A stretch of DNA of 64,000 nucleotides from Synechococcus sp. (GCA_047285305.1 JBJBDL010000003.1:992001-1056000), one strand, 5' to 3'; positions 32,913 to 43,069 are shown, counted from the first letter of the stretch. Numbers and translations are program-made. The notes: generated by a model from the sequence alone, not told the origin.

Positions 32913-33007
32913 CCCCCTCCTCTAGGGGGCAGCCTTGACCGGGACTCGAACAGGTGAGGTTCTGCATGAACCGTTTCGAGCACAGATCTGAGAATTCAGG
33001 CCTGTGC
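32913..33007 (-). promoter_or_regulatory. Putative structured 5' leader (three hairpins, RBS-occluding)
   Basis: Inverted repeats at 32913-32929, 32945-32980 and 32980-33007. Confidence 0.4.
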
Positions 33008-33068
33008 CGTGAAAGTTCTTGACACTCTGACGCACGCCCGGGGGCATTTGCCAGGGCCGACGCTCTCC

Positions 33069-34376
33069 CTAGAGGCAGCCGAGGTGAGCGGCCAGGCCAG
33101 ACACCTCCGGCAAAGCCTGGATGGCGTCCAGGGCTTCATCCATCTGACGTTGGCTCACTTCATGGGTGATCACAACGATCTCGGCGCCGGCGTCGCTGGC
33201 GTTGAACTGAACGATTGACTGGATCGACACGTTGCGTTGGCCGAAACAGCCGCCCACGTTCCCAATCACGCCAGGGGCATCTTTTGTCTTGAAACGCACA
33301 TAGTGGCGTTGGCGAATGTCGCCTGAGTCGACCAGAGCGCAGGGTCGCCAGCTGCTGGCCGCCAGCAGGGGATCCACGTTCCCGGGACCTTCACTGGCCT
33401 GGCGGATGCCAGCAATGTTGAGGATGTCGGCCACCACCGCAGAGGCGGTCGGGCCGGCTCCCGCACCGGGGCCGTAGAACATCACCCGGCCGATGGGGTC
33501 GCCTTCCACAAGGATGGCGTTGTTGACGCCGTTCACGCCCGCTAGGGGGTGGTCCTTGGGAACGAGCGTGGGCTGCACCCGCAGGGAGAGGGGCAGGGGA
33601 TCGCCGCTTTCAGCCATGCGCTCGGCCACGGCCAGCAGCTTCACGCCGTAGCCCAGTTGGTTGGCGTAATCCACATCCACGCCCTGCAGGCCACTGATGC
33701 CGATGGTTGGAACGGCAGCGCGATCCACGCTGCCGCCGAAGGCGAGGGTGGCCAGGATCGCGATCTTGTCGGCTGCGTCAAGACCGTCCACATCCGCTGC
33801 CGGATCGGCTTCGGCGTAGCCCAGCTCCTGGGCATCCTTGAGCACCGCCTCATAGGCGGCCCCCTCCTCAGCCATGCGGGTGAGGATGTAGTTGGTGGTG
33901 CCGTTAATGATGCCGCTGACGCGGTTGATGCGGTTGCCCCCTAGGGACTGCTTCAGCGGCTCAATGATGGGAATGCCGCCACCAACGGCGGCCTCGATCA
34001 GCACGTACACCCCAGCGGCGGCCGCGGCTCTAGCGATTTCCTGACCGTGGCGCGCGATCACGGCCTTGTTGGCCGTCACCACGGATTTGCCGGCTGCAAT
34101 CGCCTGGAGAATCAGGCTGCGGGCCGGCTCCAGACCACCGATCACTTCCACCACCACGTCCACGGCTGGGTCCCCAATCACCGCCGATGGGTCGGTGGTC
34201 AGCAGGCTTTCGTCCAGGGCCACGGGCCGAGGGCGGTTCAGATCGCGGACGGCAACACGGATCAGCTCCAGTTCACCCACCAGCGGGTGACGTTCGCTGG
34301 GGTTCTGGAGGATCGAAGCCACTCCACCGCCAACCGTGCCCAGTCCCAACAGACCCACGCCGACCTTTGCTGCCAT
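33069..34376 (-). CDS. hom: Homoserine dehydrogenase
   Basis: GLGTVG, VVTANKA, EAAVGGGIP, NGTTNYIL, GYAEADP, C-terminal ACT domain. Confidence 0.96.
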   Translation of the reverse strand: MAAKVGVGLLGLGTVGGGVASILQNPSERHPLVGELELIRVAVRDLNRPRPVALDESLLTTDPSAVIGDPAVDVVVEVIGGLEPARSLILQAIAAGKSVVTANKAVIARHGQEIARAAAAAGVYVLIEAAVGGGIPIIEPLKQSLGGNRINRVSGIINGTTNYILTRMAEEGAAYEAVLKDAQELGYAEADPAADVDGLDAADKIAILATLAFGGSVDRAAVPTIGISGLQGVDVDYANQLGYGVKLLAVAERMAESGDPLPLSLRVQPTLVPKDHPLAGVNGVNNAILVEGDPIGRVMFYGPGAGAGPTASAVVADILNIAGIRQASEGPGNVDPLLAASSWRPCALVDSGDIRQRHYVRFKTKDAPGVIGNVGGCFGQRNVSIQSIVQFNASDAGAEIVVITHEVSQRQMDEALDAIQALPEVSGLAAHLGCL

Positions 34377-34463
34377 CCCCTGTGATCCGTGTTGGAACGT
34401 TTGCGAGCGACTCTATGTATTGACGTGATTCGGCTTCTCTTCCTGTCCTGAACAGCCCTCGGG

Positions 34464-34886
34464 TCAGCTTTCCAGTTGACGGGCCTGCTCCTGCATGGCC
34501 AGGAGGATGTTGAGGAAGCCATTGGCGCGGGAGGGCGTCAGGCTGGCCTGCAGGCCTGTTGCCGCAATGAAGGCTGGGTCCACAGCCTGCACCTGGGCCG
34601 GCGTCAATCCATCCAGCCCCTGGATCAACAACGCCAGCAGTCCCTTGGTGATCAGCGCATCGGAGTCCCCCTGCCAGCGCATCACTCCTTCATCGAGGGC
34701 ACCCCGTACAAACACCTGCGACACACACCCCTTCACCTTGATGTCGTTGGTCTGCTCCTCGGCCGGCATGGGCGCGAGCTTCTTGGCCAACCAGAGCACA
34801 TACTCGTAGCGGCGTTTTGGATCGGCGGTGCCGCCCAAGCGCTCCACCATCCGGTCGAGGGCATCACTGCCGGTGCTGGTGGCCAT
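34464..34886 (-). CDS. sufE: SufE family Fe-S assembly sulfur acceptor
   Basis: VKGCVSQV, DSDALITKGL, LTPSRANG. Confidence 0.93.
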   Translation of the reverse strand: MATSTGSDALDRMVERLGGTADPKRRYEYVLWLAKKLAPMPAEEQTNDIKVKGCVSQVFVRGALDEGVMRWQGDSDALITKGLLALLIQGLDGLTPAQVQAVDPAFIAATGLQASLTPSRANGFLNILLAMQEQARQLES

Positions 34887-35337
34887 GCGGGGCTAAGTCG
34901 TTTTGACGTCGCACGCTAACCAGCAGCCCCACCATCACCAGGCTGAAGGGGACCATCACCACCTCATTCAGATTCACTTCGCCGTCTCGAACGGGAAGTT
35001 CGAGGTAGTCGCGGTGGCCTGGACCACCGTCCACTTGGAGATCAACGGTGCCGTTGCCCACGCTGCTGAGATCGAGGCTCAGGCGTCCCTCGGCATCGGT
35101 GCGGCCCAGTTCCTGTCCTGGCGTGCCATCGGCATTCAGCAAGCGAACAACGGCTCCCTGGGTGGGCTCACCGTTGGAAAAGCTGCTGCTCAATTGCAGA
35201 TCGCCATCGAGATACTGCAGAGCACTTTCGATCTGATGGGCCTTGGCAGGGGGCAGCACCGCGCCGTGCAGCACCGAGCCGAGCAGAAGCAGTGGAGCCA
35301 GCAGACGCAGCATGGAAGGGCGATCAATGGTGCCCAT
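34864..35337 (-). CDS. Exported, membrane-anchored hypothetical protein with a beta-sandwich-like domain
   Basis: Signal peptide ending AKA-H; FSNGEP...GRTDAEGR...DGGPGH; C-terminal TM helix. Confidence 0.75.
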   Translation of the reverse strand: MGTIDRPSMLRLLAPLLLLGSVLHGAVLPPAKAHQIESALQYLDGDLQLSSSFSNGEPTQGAVVRLLNADGTPGQELGRTDAEGRLSLDLSSVGNGTVDLQVDGGPGHRDYLELPVRDGEVNLNEVVMVPFSLVMVGLLVSVRRQNDLAPHGHQHRQ

Positions 35338-35348
35338 GATGCGGCCCC

Positions 35349-35897
35349 TCAGGCGGGCCGACCAGCACCCTGTTCCGTGATCCAGCCGGTAAACGGAACA
35401 TCCCAGGACTCTCTAGGCAACGTCTCGGCCGCAAGGCAGTTCGAGGGGAGAATCACCCAGGCCGGCACGGCAGCCCAGGCGGGATCAGCCCTGAGCCGGT
35501 CGTAATACCCACCGCCGTAGCCAAGACGGATTCCAGCGCTGTCCACCGCCAGCGCCGGCACCAGCAGCAGCGCCAGCTGATCGGGTTGCAGGGCGTCTCC
35601 TGCGGCAGGAGCGGGAATGCCGCAGCCATCGGGCTGAAGCGGGTCCTCACCCCAGCTCCGGTAGATGAGTCCGCCGCAGCCATCAGCCACCGGCAAGGCC
35701 AAGGGCGGATGGGGACCATCCTGCAGCGGCCTTACATCCACCTCCCCCGGAAGGGGCCAGTAGATCCCCACATGGCGGTTGCCGCAGTTGGACTGGCTGA
35801 TCAGCACCGCCACGACGTCCTGGATGGATCGCGTGGCTGCTTCTCCCAGATCACGCTGGGCTTTGAAGTGACGGCGCAGGGTTGGTTTGCTGCTCAT
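35349..35897 (-). CDS. 5-formyltetrahydrofolate cyclo-ligase
   Basis: [32 protein letters not shown]. Confidence 0.93.
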   Translation of the reverse strand: MSSKPTLRRHFKAQRDLGEAATRSIQDVVAVLISQSNCGNRHVGIYWPLPGEVDVRPLQDGPHPPLALPVADGCGGLIYRSWGEDPLQPDGCGIPAPAAGDALQPDQLALLLVPALAVDSAGIRLGYGGGYYDRLRADPAWAAVPAWVILPSNCLAAETLPRESWDVPFTGWITEQGAGRPA

Positions 35898-36358
35898 CGC
35901 TGCAACCAGGCCGTCAGTGCCACCGCCAGGGCATCGGCTGCATCATCCGGTCGGGGCGGTTCCTCCAGGTTCAACTCCCGCATCACTGCCTCCAGTACTT
36001 CATCCTTCTCGGCATGGCCGAACCCCGCCACGGCGAGTTTGATTTGCATGGGAGGGAACTCCATCATCGGGATCTTGAAGCGGGCCAGGGTCATCACCAC
36101 CACGCCACGCGCTTGCACCACATTGATGGTGTTGCTGGATCGGTAGAAGAAAAACTTCTCCACGGCCGCTAGTTCCGGGCGCCAGATTCGGATCAGCTGG
36201 CGCAGGTCGCCTGCGATCTCCACCATGCGATCACCATCGGAGCGACCGGAATCGGTCTGGATGATGCCGCAATCGAGCATGCGCTGGCATCCGTCCTGAA
36301 TGTCGATCACCCCGTAGCCCACTCGGGCGAGGCCCGGGTCGATGCCGAGGATTCGCAT
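35894..36358 (-). CDS. ruvC: Holliday junction resolvase RuvC
   Basis: [27 protein letters not shown]. Confidence 0.96.
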   Translation of the reverse strand: MRILGIDPGLARVGYGVIDIQDGCQRMLDCGIIQTDSGRSDGDRMVEIAGDLRQLIRIWRPELAAVEKFFFYRSSNTINVVQARGVVVMTLARFKIPMMEFPPMQIKLAVAGFGHAEKDEVLEAVMRELNLEEPPRPDDAADALAVALTAWLQR

Positions 36359-36376
36359 GGGCTGATTGTGGGGGGA

Positions 36377-37465
36377 TCAGGCAGCGAGGGCTAGTTCGAA
36401 ATCAGCGCGGTCGCTGCTCTCGCTGCGCTCGAACACCTTGCAGAACACCTTCACCACACGGTCGCCGGAATCCACTTGCTCGAGGGGGTCTTTGCGCAAA
36501 CGGTGCCGCAGGCAGCAGGAGGCCACGCGGGCCACGTCTTCCTCGCTTACTTCCGTGCGTCCCTCGAAGGCGGCCAGGGCCCGGGCGGCACGATTGGTGA
36601 CGATGTCACCTCGCAGACCATCCACATCCAGTTCGCCGCAAACGGCGGAGATGCGCAGGCGCAGATCCTCATCGATGGTCACCTGACCGAGGCGTTGCTG
36701 GGCCTCCACTACCCGCTGTTGCAGGGCGTTTTGATTGCCCTCCACGGCGGTGCTGAAGCCATCGGGATCGCTGTCGAAGGACGTGCGCTGGTCCACCACC
36801 TGCACCCGCAGCTCAGGATCACGCACGGTGCGCACTTCCACGCTCATGCCGAAACGGTCGAGCAGCTGGGGGCGGAGTTCGCCTTCCTCCGGGTTGCCGG
36901 AGCCGATCAACACGAAACGGGCTGGGTGGCGCACGGATACACCCTCCCGTTCCACCGTGTTCCAGCCGGAGGCCGCTGAATCGAGAAGCACGTCGACGAG
37001 GTGGTCGTCGAGCAGGTTCACCTCATCCACGTAGAGCAGGCCGCGGTTGGCTTTTGCCAGCAGACCGGGCTCAAAGGCGCGCACGCCTTCGCTCAGGGCT
37101 TTCTCGATGTCGATGGTGCCGCAGAGGCGGTCTTCCGTTGCACCGAGGGGCAAGTCCACCATCGGCACCTGCCGCGGTTCAGTGCTCAGGGTTTCCCCCT
37201 GTTGCATCCGCTCGCGCACCTCACTGCTCTGCAGGTCGGGATCGCTGGCCGAGCTGTTGTATGGATCGCCGGCGACAACGTCGATGTCCGGCAGCAGATC
37301 GGCCAGGGCACGGATCGTGGTGGATTTGCCGGTGCCACGGTCTCCCATGATCATCACGCCGCCGATGCGCGGATCGATCACGTTGAGAAGTAGGGCCAGC
37401 TTCATCTCCTCTTGACCGATCACCGCAGTGAAGGGGAAGACCCTGCGCTTCCGGGGTTCAGTCAC
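36377..37465 (-). CDS. chlI: Magnesium chelatase ATPase subunit I
   Basis: FPFTAVIGQEEMKLAL, GDRGTGKST, LYVDEVN, LRPQLLDRFG. Confidence 0.96.
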   Translation of the reverse strand: MTEPRKRRVFPFTAVIGQEEMKLALLLNVIDPRIGGVMIMGDRGTGKSTTIRALADLLPDIDVVAGDPYNSSASDPDLQSSEVRERMQQGETLSTEPRQVPMVDLPLGATEDRLCGTIDIEKALSEGVRAFEPGLLAKANRGLLYVDEVNLLDDHLVDVLLDSAASGWNTVEREGVSVRHPARFVLIGSGNPEEGELRPQLLDRFGMSVEVRTVRDPELRVQVVDQRTSFDSDPDGFSTAVEGNQNALQQRVVEAQQRLGQVTIDEDLRLRISAVCGELDVDGLRGDIVTNRAARALAAFEGRTEVSEEDVARVASCCLRHRLRKDPLEQVDSGDRVVKVFCKVFERSESSDRADFELALAA

Positions 37466-37485
37466 GAGCAATTCTCCAGGCGTGC

Positions 37486-38838
37486 TCAGGATTGTTTCAC
37501 AGGCTGCACGGTGATCACCTGCGGTGGCGTGGCATCAGCGGGATAGACCAGGCGAACGCGCACCTGTTTGGCCTCCCCTGGCTTGAGCATCAGCTGCCCC
37601 AAGGACGGCCCCTGTTGCCCCTGGCGTAGTACCAGGTGCTGGGTTTGGCGCCCCTTGGAAACACCCTCTGAATCCTCCAGACCCGTTGTCTGCACAGGCC
37701 CGCGGAACATCACCGGGCCGTTGAGGTCATCGCGGAAGCGCAGCATGGAGGTGGTGCTGTTGCCTTTGAGGGGCGAATCCAGCGACAACTGCAGCGTTAC
37801 GGCGGCTGAGCCAGTGTTTTTCAGCGGCAGGGTGAGGTCGTACTCCACCCCGTAGTTGCCATGGGCAGCCCAGGCTGTGCCGGGATAGAAGCTTTTGAGT
37901 TCCGCGGTTTGCACCTGGTTGGTGGCGAGGGTGCCGCGCTCCAGGCTGCTGATCGGCCAGGAGATGGGGGCCGTGGGTGCTTCCAGCACAGGGCTGCCCG
38001 GGTCGGTGATGCGGGCCCGCCAGCTGCTGCCGATCTGAATACCGCTCACCCTTGAATAGATGATCTTGCCCTTGCTGCCCGGAGGGGTGGGTTGGTGCTC
38101 TTTGCTGCTCATGCGCTGGTCCTTGAGCAGCTGTAGCCAGTGCTGTTCACTTGGAGCCTTCCCGTCTTCACCGTGAGCGGCCAGGGTGGCCAGCGCCACA
38201 GGGCCGGAGCTGTGGAAGCGAAGTTGCAGGTTGCGGCCATTGAGCAAGGGATCGAGGCCGGCCACGGGAATGGGCAGCAGCAACAGCTGTTTTGGTGCGC
38301 CGGGAGCCAGGCTCCAGCGGCGGTTGGTGAGTTCCGCTGCGCTGCGGCGGGCCAACAGATCTCCGGCCACACGGCTGCCGGGTCCTGACGCCACCACTTC
38401 AGTGGTTTCCGGCATCAGGCTCGGCAAGGGCAGGAAGGGGGCCTGGGTCTGGCCAGGCCCTGTGGCCTGCGAGAGCGAGGTGCTGCCCGAGAGCAGCTGC
38501 AGGGTCACAGGAGCATTCTTCAGCGGACCTGCCAGCAGCACCAGCCACAGGGTTGAGCTGGGGCTGCCTTCCGCATCACCGGCATACACGTGGTGGCTGA
38601 ACAGGTCGAAGCGACCGTTGAGCACTACCGGAACCGACGCCGCCTTCCCATCGGGGAATGTTGAGATCAGGATGCCGTCGTCCTTGATCAGTTCGGGGTT
38701 GTTGTCGTTCACCATCAACACGCTGTCGAGGCCTCCCGGCAGGGGGCGAACGCTCTGCTGACGCTCAATTACCTCCGCAGCGCCGGGCATGGTTGCAACA
38801 GCCAGCCAGGCAGCAGTCAACAGCGGAGTGAGCTTCAT
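37486..38838 (-). CDS. DUF3370-like exported protein
   Basis: VRPLPGGLD, NDNNPE, FDLFSHH, AHGNYGVEY, YPADATPPQ. Confidence 0.8.
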   Translation of the reverse strand: MKLTPLLTAAWLAVATMPGAAEVIERQQSVRPLPGGLDSVLMVNDNNPELIKDDGILISTFPDGKAASVPVVLNGRFDLFSHHVYAGDAEGSPSSTLWLVLLAGPLKNAPVTLQLLSGSTSLSQATGPGQTQAPFLPLPSLMPETTEVVASGPGSRVAGDLLARRSAAELTNRRWSLAPGAPKQLLLLPIPVAGLDPLLNGRNLQLRFHSSGPVALATLAAHGEDGKAPSEQHWLQLLKDQRMSSKEHQPTPPGSKGKIIYSRVSGIQIGSSWRARITDPGSPVLEAPTAPISWPISSLERGTLATNQVQTAELKSFYPGTAWAAHGNYGVEYDLTLPLKNTGSAAVTLQLSLDSPLKGNSTTSMLRFRDDLNGPVMFRGPVQTTGLEDSEGVSKGRQTQHLVLRQGQQGPSLGQLMLKPGEAKQVRVRLVYPADATPPQVITVQPVKQS

Positions 38839-39980
38839 GGCTTGCGCGGAACAGGGATGGGTTTGAGGTGCGGTGCCATGGCAGCGGAGAGCTGACGGAT
38901 CAGTTCGGTGGATCGGGGGTCATTGAAGGGGCCCTCCACCAGAAATCCCGCCACAGCGCGTCGTCCGTCGGGGAGTTCGATCAGCCCGGCATCGGCGTAT
39001 GCAATGCCGATGTCGCCTGTTTTGTTGTAGATGCGGTACCCCTTGCGGGCCAGGCTTTCGTCCGGTTCGCCCTGGGCGCCACCGAGGCCGCGCATCAAGC
39101 CCCTGGGCAGCAGCGTGTTGGTGATCGACGTGCCCATCACCTCGCGAAACAGATCCCGGCTGCGGGGAGCCAGCAGCTCACCGCTATCAACCAAGGCGAT
39201 GGCCCGGCTGAGATCTCTGGCACTGGTGGTGTTGGTTCCGTCGAGATCCGGCAGCCAGTTGTTCACCACGGTTGAGGGCAGGTCCAGCTCCTGAAAGCGG
39301 GCGTTGATCGCATCCATTCCCCCCGCCCGGGCAATCATCAGGTTGGTGGCAGAGTTGTCGCTCACTCGGATCATTTCCGTGGCTACCTCATGGGTGGGGA
39401 AGCGACTGCCCAGGGGCTGGTAAGCCATCCAACCGGCGCCTCCCCCCACCAGCTCCTCGGTGAGCGTGAGCGGTTCGTTCCACTGCAGTGTTCCCTGATC
39501 CAGCAGTTCCAGCACTGCGAGCAGAATCGGCGTCTTGATCGAGCTGGCGGCAGCCATCGGCCGTTCGGCTTGCATGGCCGCAAAGCGCCCGTCGTCGAGG
39601 ATCAGCATGTAGGCACTGGCCTGCAGATCGCCCTGTTGCGCGGCCAGCTCCAACCAGCGCTCCGAAAGCGCTCTGATTTCCTGCCTCGGGGCGAAGCGTG
39701 CCTGTTTCAGGCCCTTCGCCACGACAGGAGCAGTTTTCTTCCCAGCGGCATACTTAGTGCTGGGCGGCTCCACGGCGTCACCGAGCAGCGTGGTGATCAG
39801 CGCTTGATCGGCTAGCCAGCTGGGCAGTGCGATCTCCTGTTGCTGAACTCGGGGCGCCAGCAGCCGCAGGACGCTGCCGGTGAGCAGTCCAAGACCCACT
39901 CCCATCATCACCAGCCGCAGGATGAGCTGGGCCGGACCTTTCCAGCCGGCGGAGCGACGTGACGAACGACTGCTGCTCAA
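38835..39980 (-). CDS. Serine hydrolase, class A beta-lactamase/PBP-like
   Basis: SSIK (SxxK), SDN, KTG; N-terminal TM helix. Confidence 0.9.
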   Translation of the reverse strand: MSSSRSSRRSAGWKGPAQLILRLVMMGVGLGLLTGSVLRLLAPRVQQQEIALPSWLADQALITTLLGDAVEPPSTKYAAGKKTAPVVAKGLKQARFAPRQEIRALSERWLELAAQQGDLQASAYMLILDDGRFAAMQAERPMAAASSIKTPILLAVLELLDQGTLQWNEPLTLTEELVGGGAGWMAYQPLGSRFPTHEVATEMIRVSDNSATNLMIARAGGMDAINARFQELDLPSTVVNNWLPDLDGTNTTSARDLSRAIALVDSGELLAPRSRDLFREVMGTSITNTLLPRGLMRGLGGAQGEPDESLARKGYRIYNKTGDIGIAYADAGLIELPDGRRAVAGFLVEGPFNDPRSTELIRQLSAAMAPHLKPIPVPRKP

Positions 39981-40008
39981 CCTTTCAGCCGTGACTATTC
40001 GGCAGAGA

Positions 40009-40755
40009 TTAGGGGCGCTTGGCGCGGATGGCCCAGCGCAGTTGGCGCACCATTCCCCGTAGCAGAGCCACCTCTTCGGCGCGTACGGTGGCGCGTTGTA
40101 GCAGATCCCTCACCTTGGCCATGCGGGCGGAGGCGGTGTGCTCCAGCAGGAAACCGGCCTCCAACAGCAGGTCTGTGGCGTCGTCAAGACAGGCTGAAAG
40201 AGCCTTGGCGGCTGCCGGGTCCGGCGATGGGGGCTCGATGCAGCGGGTTTCAGCGGTCCTGCTGTTGAGGCGGGCCAACTCATGCAGCACCACCGCCACG
40301 GCGTGGGAGAGATTCAGTGAGGGATAGGCCTCCCCGCTCTGCAGGCAGAGAACCCTCTGGCAGAGCCGCAGCTCACTGTTGCTGAGGCCGCGGTCTTCCC
40401 GTCCAAACACCAAGGCCACGGGGGCGACTGAGCTTGAGCTGCTGCCATCGCTGGCCAGCAACCAACCCAGGGCCTGCTCGGGTGTTTGCAGGGGGATCTC
40501 GCCATGGTCCAGGCGTCCGCAACTGCCCACGGTTCGCCGGCAGTCATTGATGGCCGTCAGCAGGTCGGGAACCACTACGGCGGCCTGAAGCAGTGCTTGG
40601 CCGTGCACGGCCATAAGCATGGACTCCTCGCTGAGGTGGTCACAGCGGGGGGCTACCAGCCGCAGTTCGCTTACGCCGAAATTGGCGCAGAGCCTCGCCA
40701 CGCTTCCGACGTTAAGGGGGCCGGCCGGCTCCACAAGCACGACAACGGCATTCAA
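40009..40755 (-). CDS. SPOUT RNA methyltransferase (TrmJ/LasT family)
   Basis: VLVEP..NVGSVAR, VFGREDRGL, YPSLNLSHAV. Confidence 0.92.
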   Translation of the reverse strand: MNAVVVLVEPAGPLNVGSVARLCANFGVSELRLVAPRCDHLSEESMLMAVHGQALLQAAVVVPDLLTAINDCRRTVGSCGRLDHGEIPLQTPEQALGWLLASDGSSSSSVAPVALVFGREDRGLSNSELRLCQRVLCLQSGEAYPSLNLSHAVAVVLHELARLNSRTAETRCIEPPSPDPAAAKALSACLDDATDLLLEAGFLLEHTASARMAKVRDLLQRATVRAEEVALLRGMVRQLRWAIRAKRP

Positions 40756-40764
40756 GGCAGCGGC

Positions 40765-41178
40765 TCAGCTGAGGGTGTGCAGGTAGGCCAGCAGGTCGGC
40801 CATCGATTGCGGTTCCATCTCAAAGCTAGGCATGGGGGGAGTCTCGCCACTGATGATTTGGTGCACCAGAACGGGGTCTTTGAGCTGCTTGCTGACGCCC
40901 TGAAGTTGAGGGCCCACCAACCCCTGGCCAGCAAGGCCGTGGCAGCCGGCGCAATTGATCCGGAACAGCTGGCCGCCGTGGTCAACGGCCCCCTGCAGCT
41001 CAAGGCTGGCCTTGATGTACGGGTCCTGCTGGGCGCTGCCCAGAACCCAGAGCACCAGCACCATGCAAGCCGTGGCAGCCGACACCACAAGGGCCGCGAT
41101 CAGGCTGCGACCCCGATCGCTCGAATCATTTGCATCAGCTGATGCCGATTCGGCCGCAATTCGTGACGGCTGGACCAC
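40765..41178 (-). CDS. cytM: Cytochrome cM
   Basis: TM helix, DPYI, CAGCH heme motif, GPQL, TPPMP. Confidence 0.85.
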   Translation of the reverse strand: MVQPSRIAAESASADANDSSDRGRSLIAALVVSAATACMVLVLWVLGSAQQDPYIKASLELQGAVDHGGQLFRINCAGCHGLAGQGLVGPQLQGVSKQLKDPVLVHQIISGETPPMPSFEMEPQSMADLLAYLHTLS

Positions 41179-41234
41179 AGACCTGGAGTTCCAATGAGAG
41201 AATTCTCCCTAATTCTGATTGCTGACGCGACGCG

Positions 41235-41351
41235 ATGATCGAACCTCTGCTATGCGGCATCGTTCTGGGTCTGATCCCCGTCACGCTGATGGGTCTGTTC
41301 GTGGCGGCATGGAACCAGTACCGCCGTGGTGGCAGCGCTCTGGGGGGCTGA
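41235..41351 (+). CDS. petG: Cytochrome b6-f complex subunit PetG
   Basis: Hand translation [38 protein letters not shown]; absent from the ORF track. Confidence 0.96.
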   Translation: MIEPLLCGIVLGLIPVTLMGLFVAAWNQYRRGGSALGG

Positions 41352-41901
41352 GCAGCATCACGCTGCTGATGCCGTAGCGGCGTTGATCCACCACCGTCCA
41401 ATCTGAGCCCGGTTCTGGGTTCAGGTTGGAGCGGTGTTCACACACCACCAGAGAATCCTGGTGAAGCCAATTTCCCTCGGCGAGGGCGATCAGGCTGGGT
41501 TCGTAGAGGCCCTGGCCGTACGGAGGGTCGAAGTAGACGATGTCAAAGGGCTCCTGGCTCCAGCCCTTGCGCAACCATGTGATCAGTTCCCGCCGTTCTG
41601 TGCGGATCTCCGGTGCCGGTGAACGGCTTGCTGCCACTGCATTGAGGTTGCTGCGGCTGACGCGGATGCATTGCGGGTCTTGATCAACGGCCACCACACA
41701 GCGCGCCCCCCGCTGCAGAGCCTCACAGCCCATTACGCCGCTGCCGCTGCAGAGGTCGAGCCAGCGGCAGTCCTGCAGGTGCGGGGCGAGGATGTTCATC
41801 ACAGCTTCGCGCACCCTGGAGGTGGTGGGCCGAGCCGTGCGACCCCGGGGGCTGAGCAGCCGTCGCCCTCCGCTGAGTCGCAGCTGCCCGTCACCGCTCA
41901 T
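41281..41901 (-). CDS. rsmD: 16S rRNA m2G966 methyltransferase
   Basis: [26 protein letters not shown]. Confidence 0.92.
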   Translation of the reverse strand: MSGDGQLRLSGGRRLLSPRGRTARPTTSRVREAVMNILAPHLQDCRWLDLCSGSGVMGCEALQRGARCVVAVDQDPQCIRVSRSNLNAVAASRSPAPEIRTERRELITWLRKGWSQEPFDIVYFDPPYGQGLYEPSLIALAEGNWLHQDSLVVCEHRSNLNPEPGSDWTVVDQRRYGISSVMLLSPPERCHHGGTGSMPPRTDPSA

Positions 41902-42539
41902 GGGCAGGGTTCAGCCCCGTTGTGCAGCCAGGTCAACCAACGCTTGAGCATCTGTTCTCCGGCATCGGACGACTTCTCCGGATGGAACTGGCAGGCGCCG
42001 ACTCGGCCCCTCCAGACCACAGCAGTCACTTCCTGATCGCCGAAGGGGGCCGAGGCCTTCAGGTCATTCCGATCGGTAGGGACAGCGGCGTAGCTGTGCA
42101 CGAAATAAACCCACTCCGAGGGGGCATTGCTGCTGAGCAGCGGGCAGGTGCCGTGATGTTTCAACGGAGCCCAGCCCATATGGGGGATGCGTTCGCCGCT
42201 GTTACTGGGCAGGCGTGTCACCCGTCCGCCCAAAAGCCCGAGGCCTGGATCGCTGCCTTCATCGCTCTGCTCAAACAGCAGTTGCAGGCCGAGGCAGATG
42301 CCGAGCAAGGGACGATCCTCCTGGCCCCAACGCAGCAGGTGGGGCACCAGCCCGGTGGCCCTGAGGTTGGCCATGGCCGGGTCGAAGGCGCCGACACCGG
42401 GCAGGATCAGCGCATCAACTCCGTCCAGATCATCGGCGTTATGGATGAACGAGCAGCATTGATCAAGCCGCTCGAGGCATTTCTCCACGGAGTGGAGATT
42501 GCCCATGCCGTAATCGATTAACCCGAGGTTCAGGCTCAA
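41898..42539 (-). CDS. hisH: Imidazole glycerol phosphate synthase glutaminase subunit
   Basis: DYGMGNLHSV, PGVGAF, GICLGLQ, YFVHSY, QFHPEKS. Confidence 0.96.
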   Translation of the reverse strand: MSLNLGLIDYGMGNLHSVEKCLERLDQCCSFIHNADDLDGVDALILPGVGAFDPAMANLRATGLVPHLLRWGQEDRPLLGICLGLQLLFEQSDEGSDPGLGLLGGRVTRLPSNSGERIPHMGWAPLKHHGTCPLLSSNAPSEWVYFVHSYAAVPTDRNDLKASAPFGDQEVTAVVWRGRVGACQFHPEKSSDAGEQMLKRWLTWLHNGAEPCP

Positions 42540-42565
42540 CCTGTCGATCCGTTCTGGAGACGGAT

Positions 42566-42889
42566 TCAGAGATATTTGGAAATGGTGCCTGACAGGGTTG
42601 CCTTTGGAACAGCGCCCACCACCGTGTCCACCTTCTGACCACCCTTGAACACCATCAGCGTCGGGATGCTGCGGATGCCGTACTGGCTGGCAACGTTGGG
42701 GTTCTCGTCGGTGTTGAGCTTGAACACCTTGATCTGGCCGTCAAATTCCTTGGCGATCTCTTCCACGATCGGAGCCACCATGCGGCAGGGTCCGCACCAT
42801 GGTGCCCAGAAGTCCACAAGAACCGGCACGTCGCTCTGGAGCACGTCCTGCTCGAAGGATGCATCGGTGACAGCAGCAGCGCTGGACAT
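42566..42889 (-). CDS. trxA: Thioredoxin
   Basis: [18 protein letters not shown]; start ATG 42889. Confidence 0.97.
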   Translation of the reverse strand: MSSAAAVTDASFEQDVLQSDVPVLVDFWAPWCGPCRMVAPIVEEIAKEFDGQIKVFKLNTDENPNVASQYGIRSIPTLMVFKGGQKVDTVVGAVPKATLSGTISKYL

Positions 42890-42992
42890 ATGAGCAGGGG
42901 AATTTAGGGAGAATTTAGCAACGGTTTTGAGCGAAAACACAGCTCTTCCCTGCTGAGAAGGGATCTGTGACAGTCGCTCTCTACAAAGAGTG

Positions 42993-43049
42993 AAAGCCCG
43001 ATCGCGCCGGGCCGAGGGGTGTGAGGAGTGTGTGGGCCGAAGCCCGCAC
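42993..43049 (-). ncRNA. yfr1: Yfr1 small RNA
   Basis: ACTCCTCACAC (43019-43029, minus strand) between two GC hairpins with a short 3' U run, in the guaB-trxA intergenic position; ends approximate. Confidence 0.92.
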
Positions 43050-43069
43050 ACCTCCAATTTAGCCCTGCC

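Noticed and set aside
38835..39980. Acquired beta-lactam resistance gene
   Set aside because: Membrane-anchored class A-like PBP embedded in a core operon; no sign of acquisition
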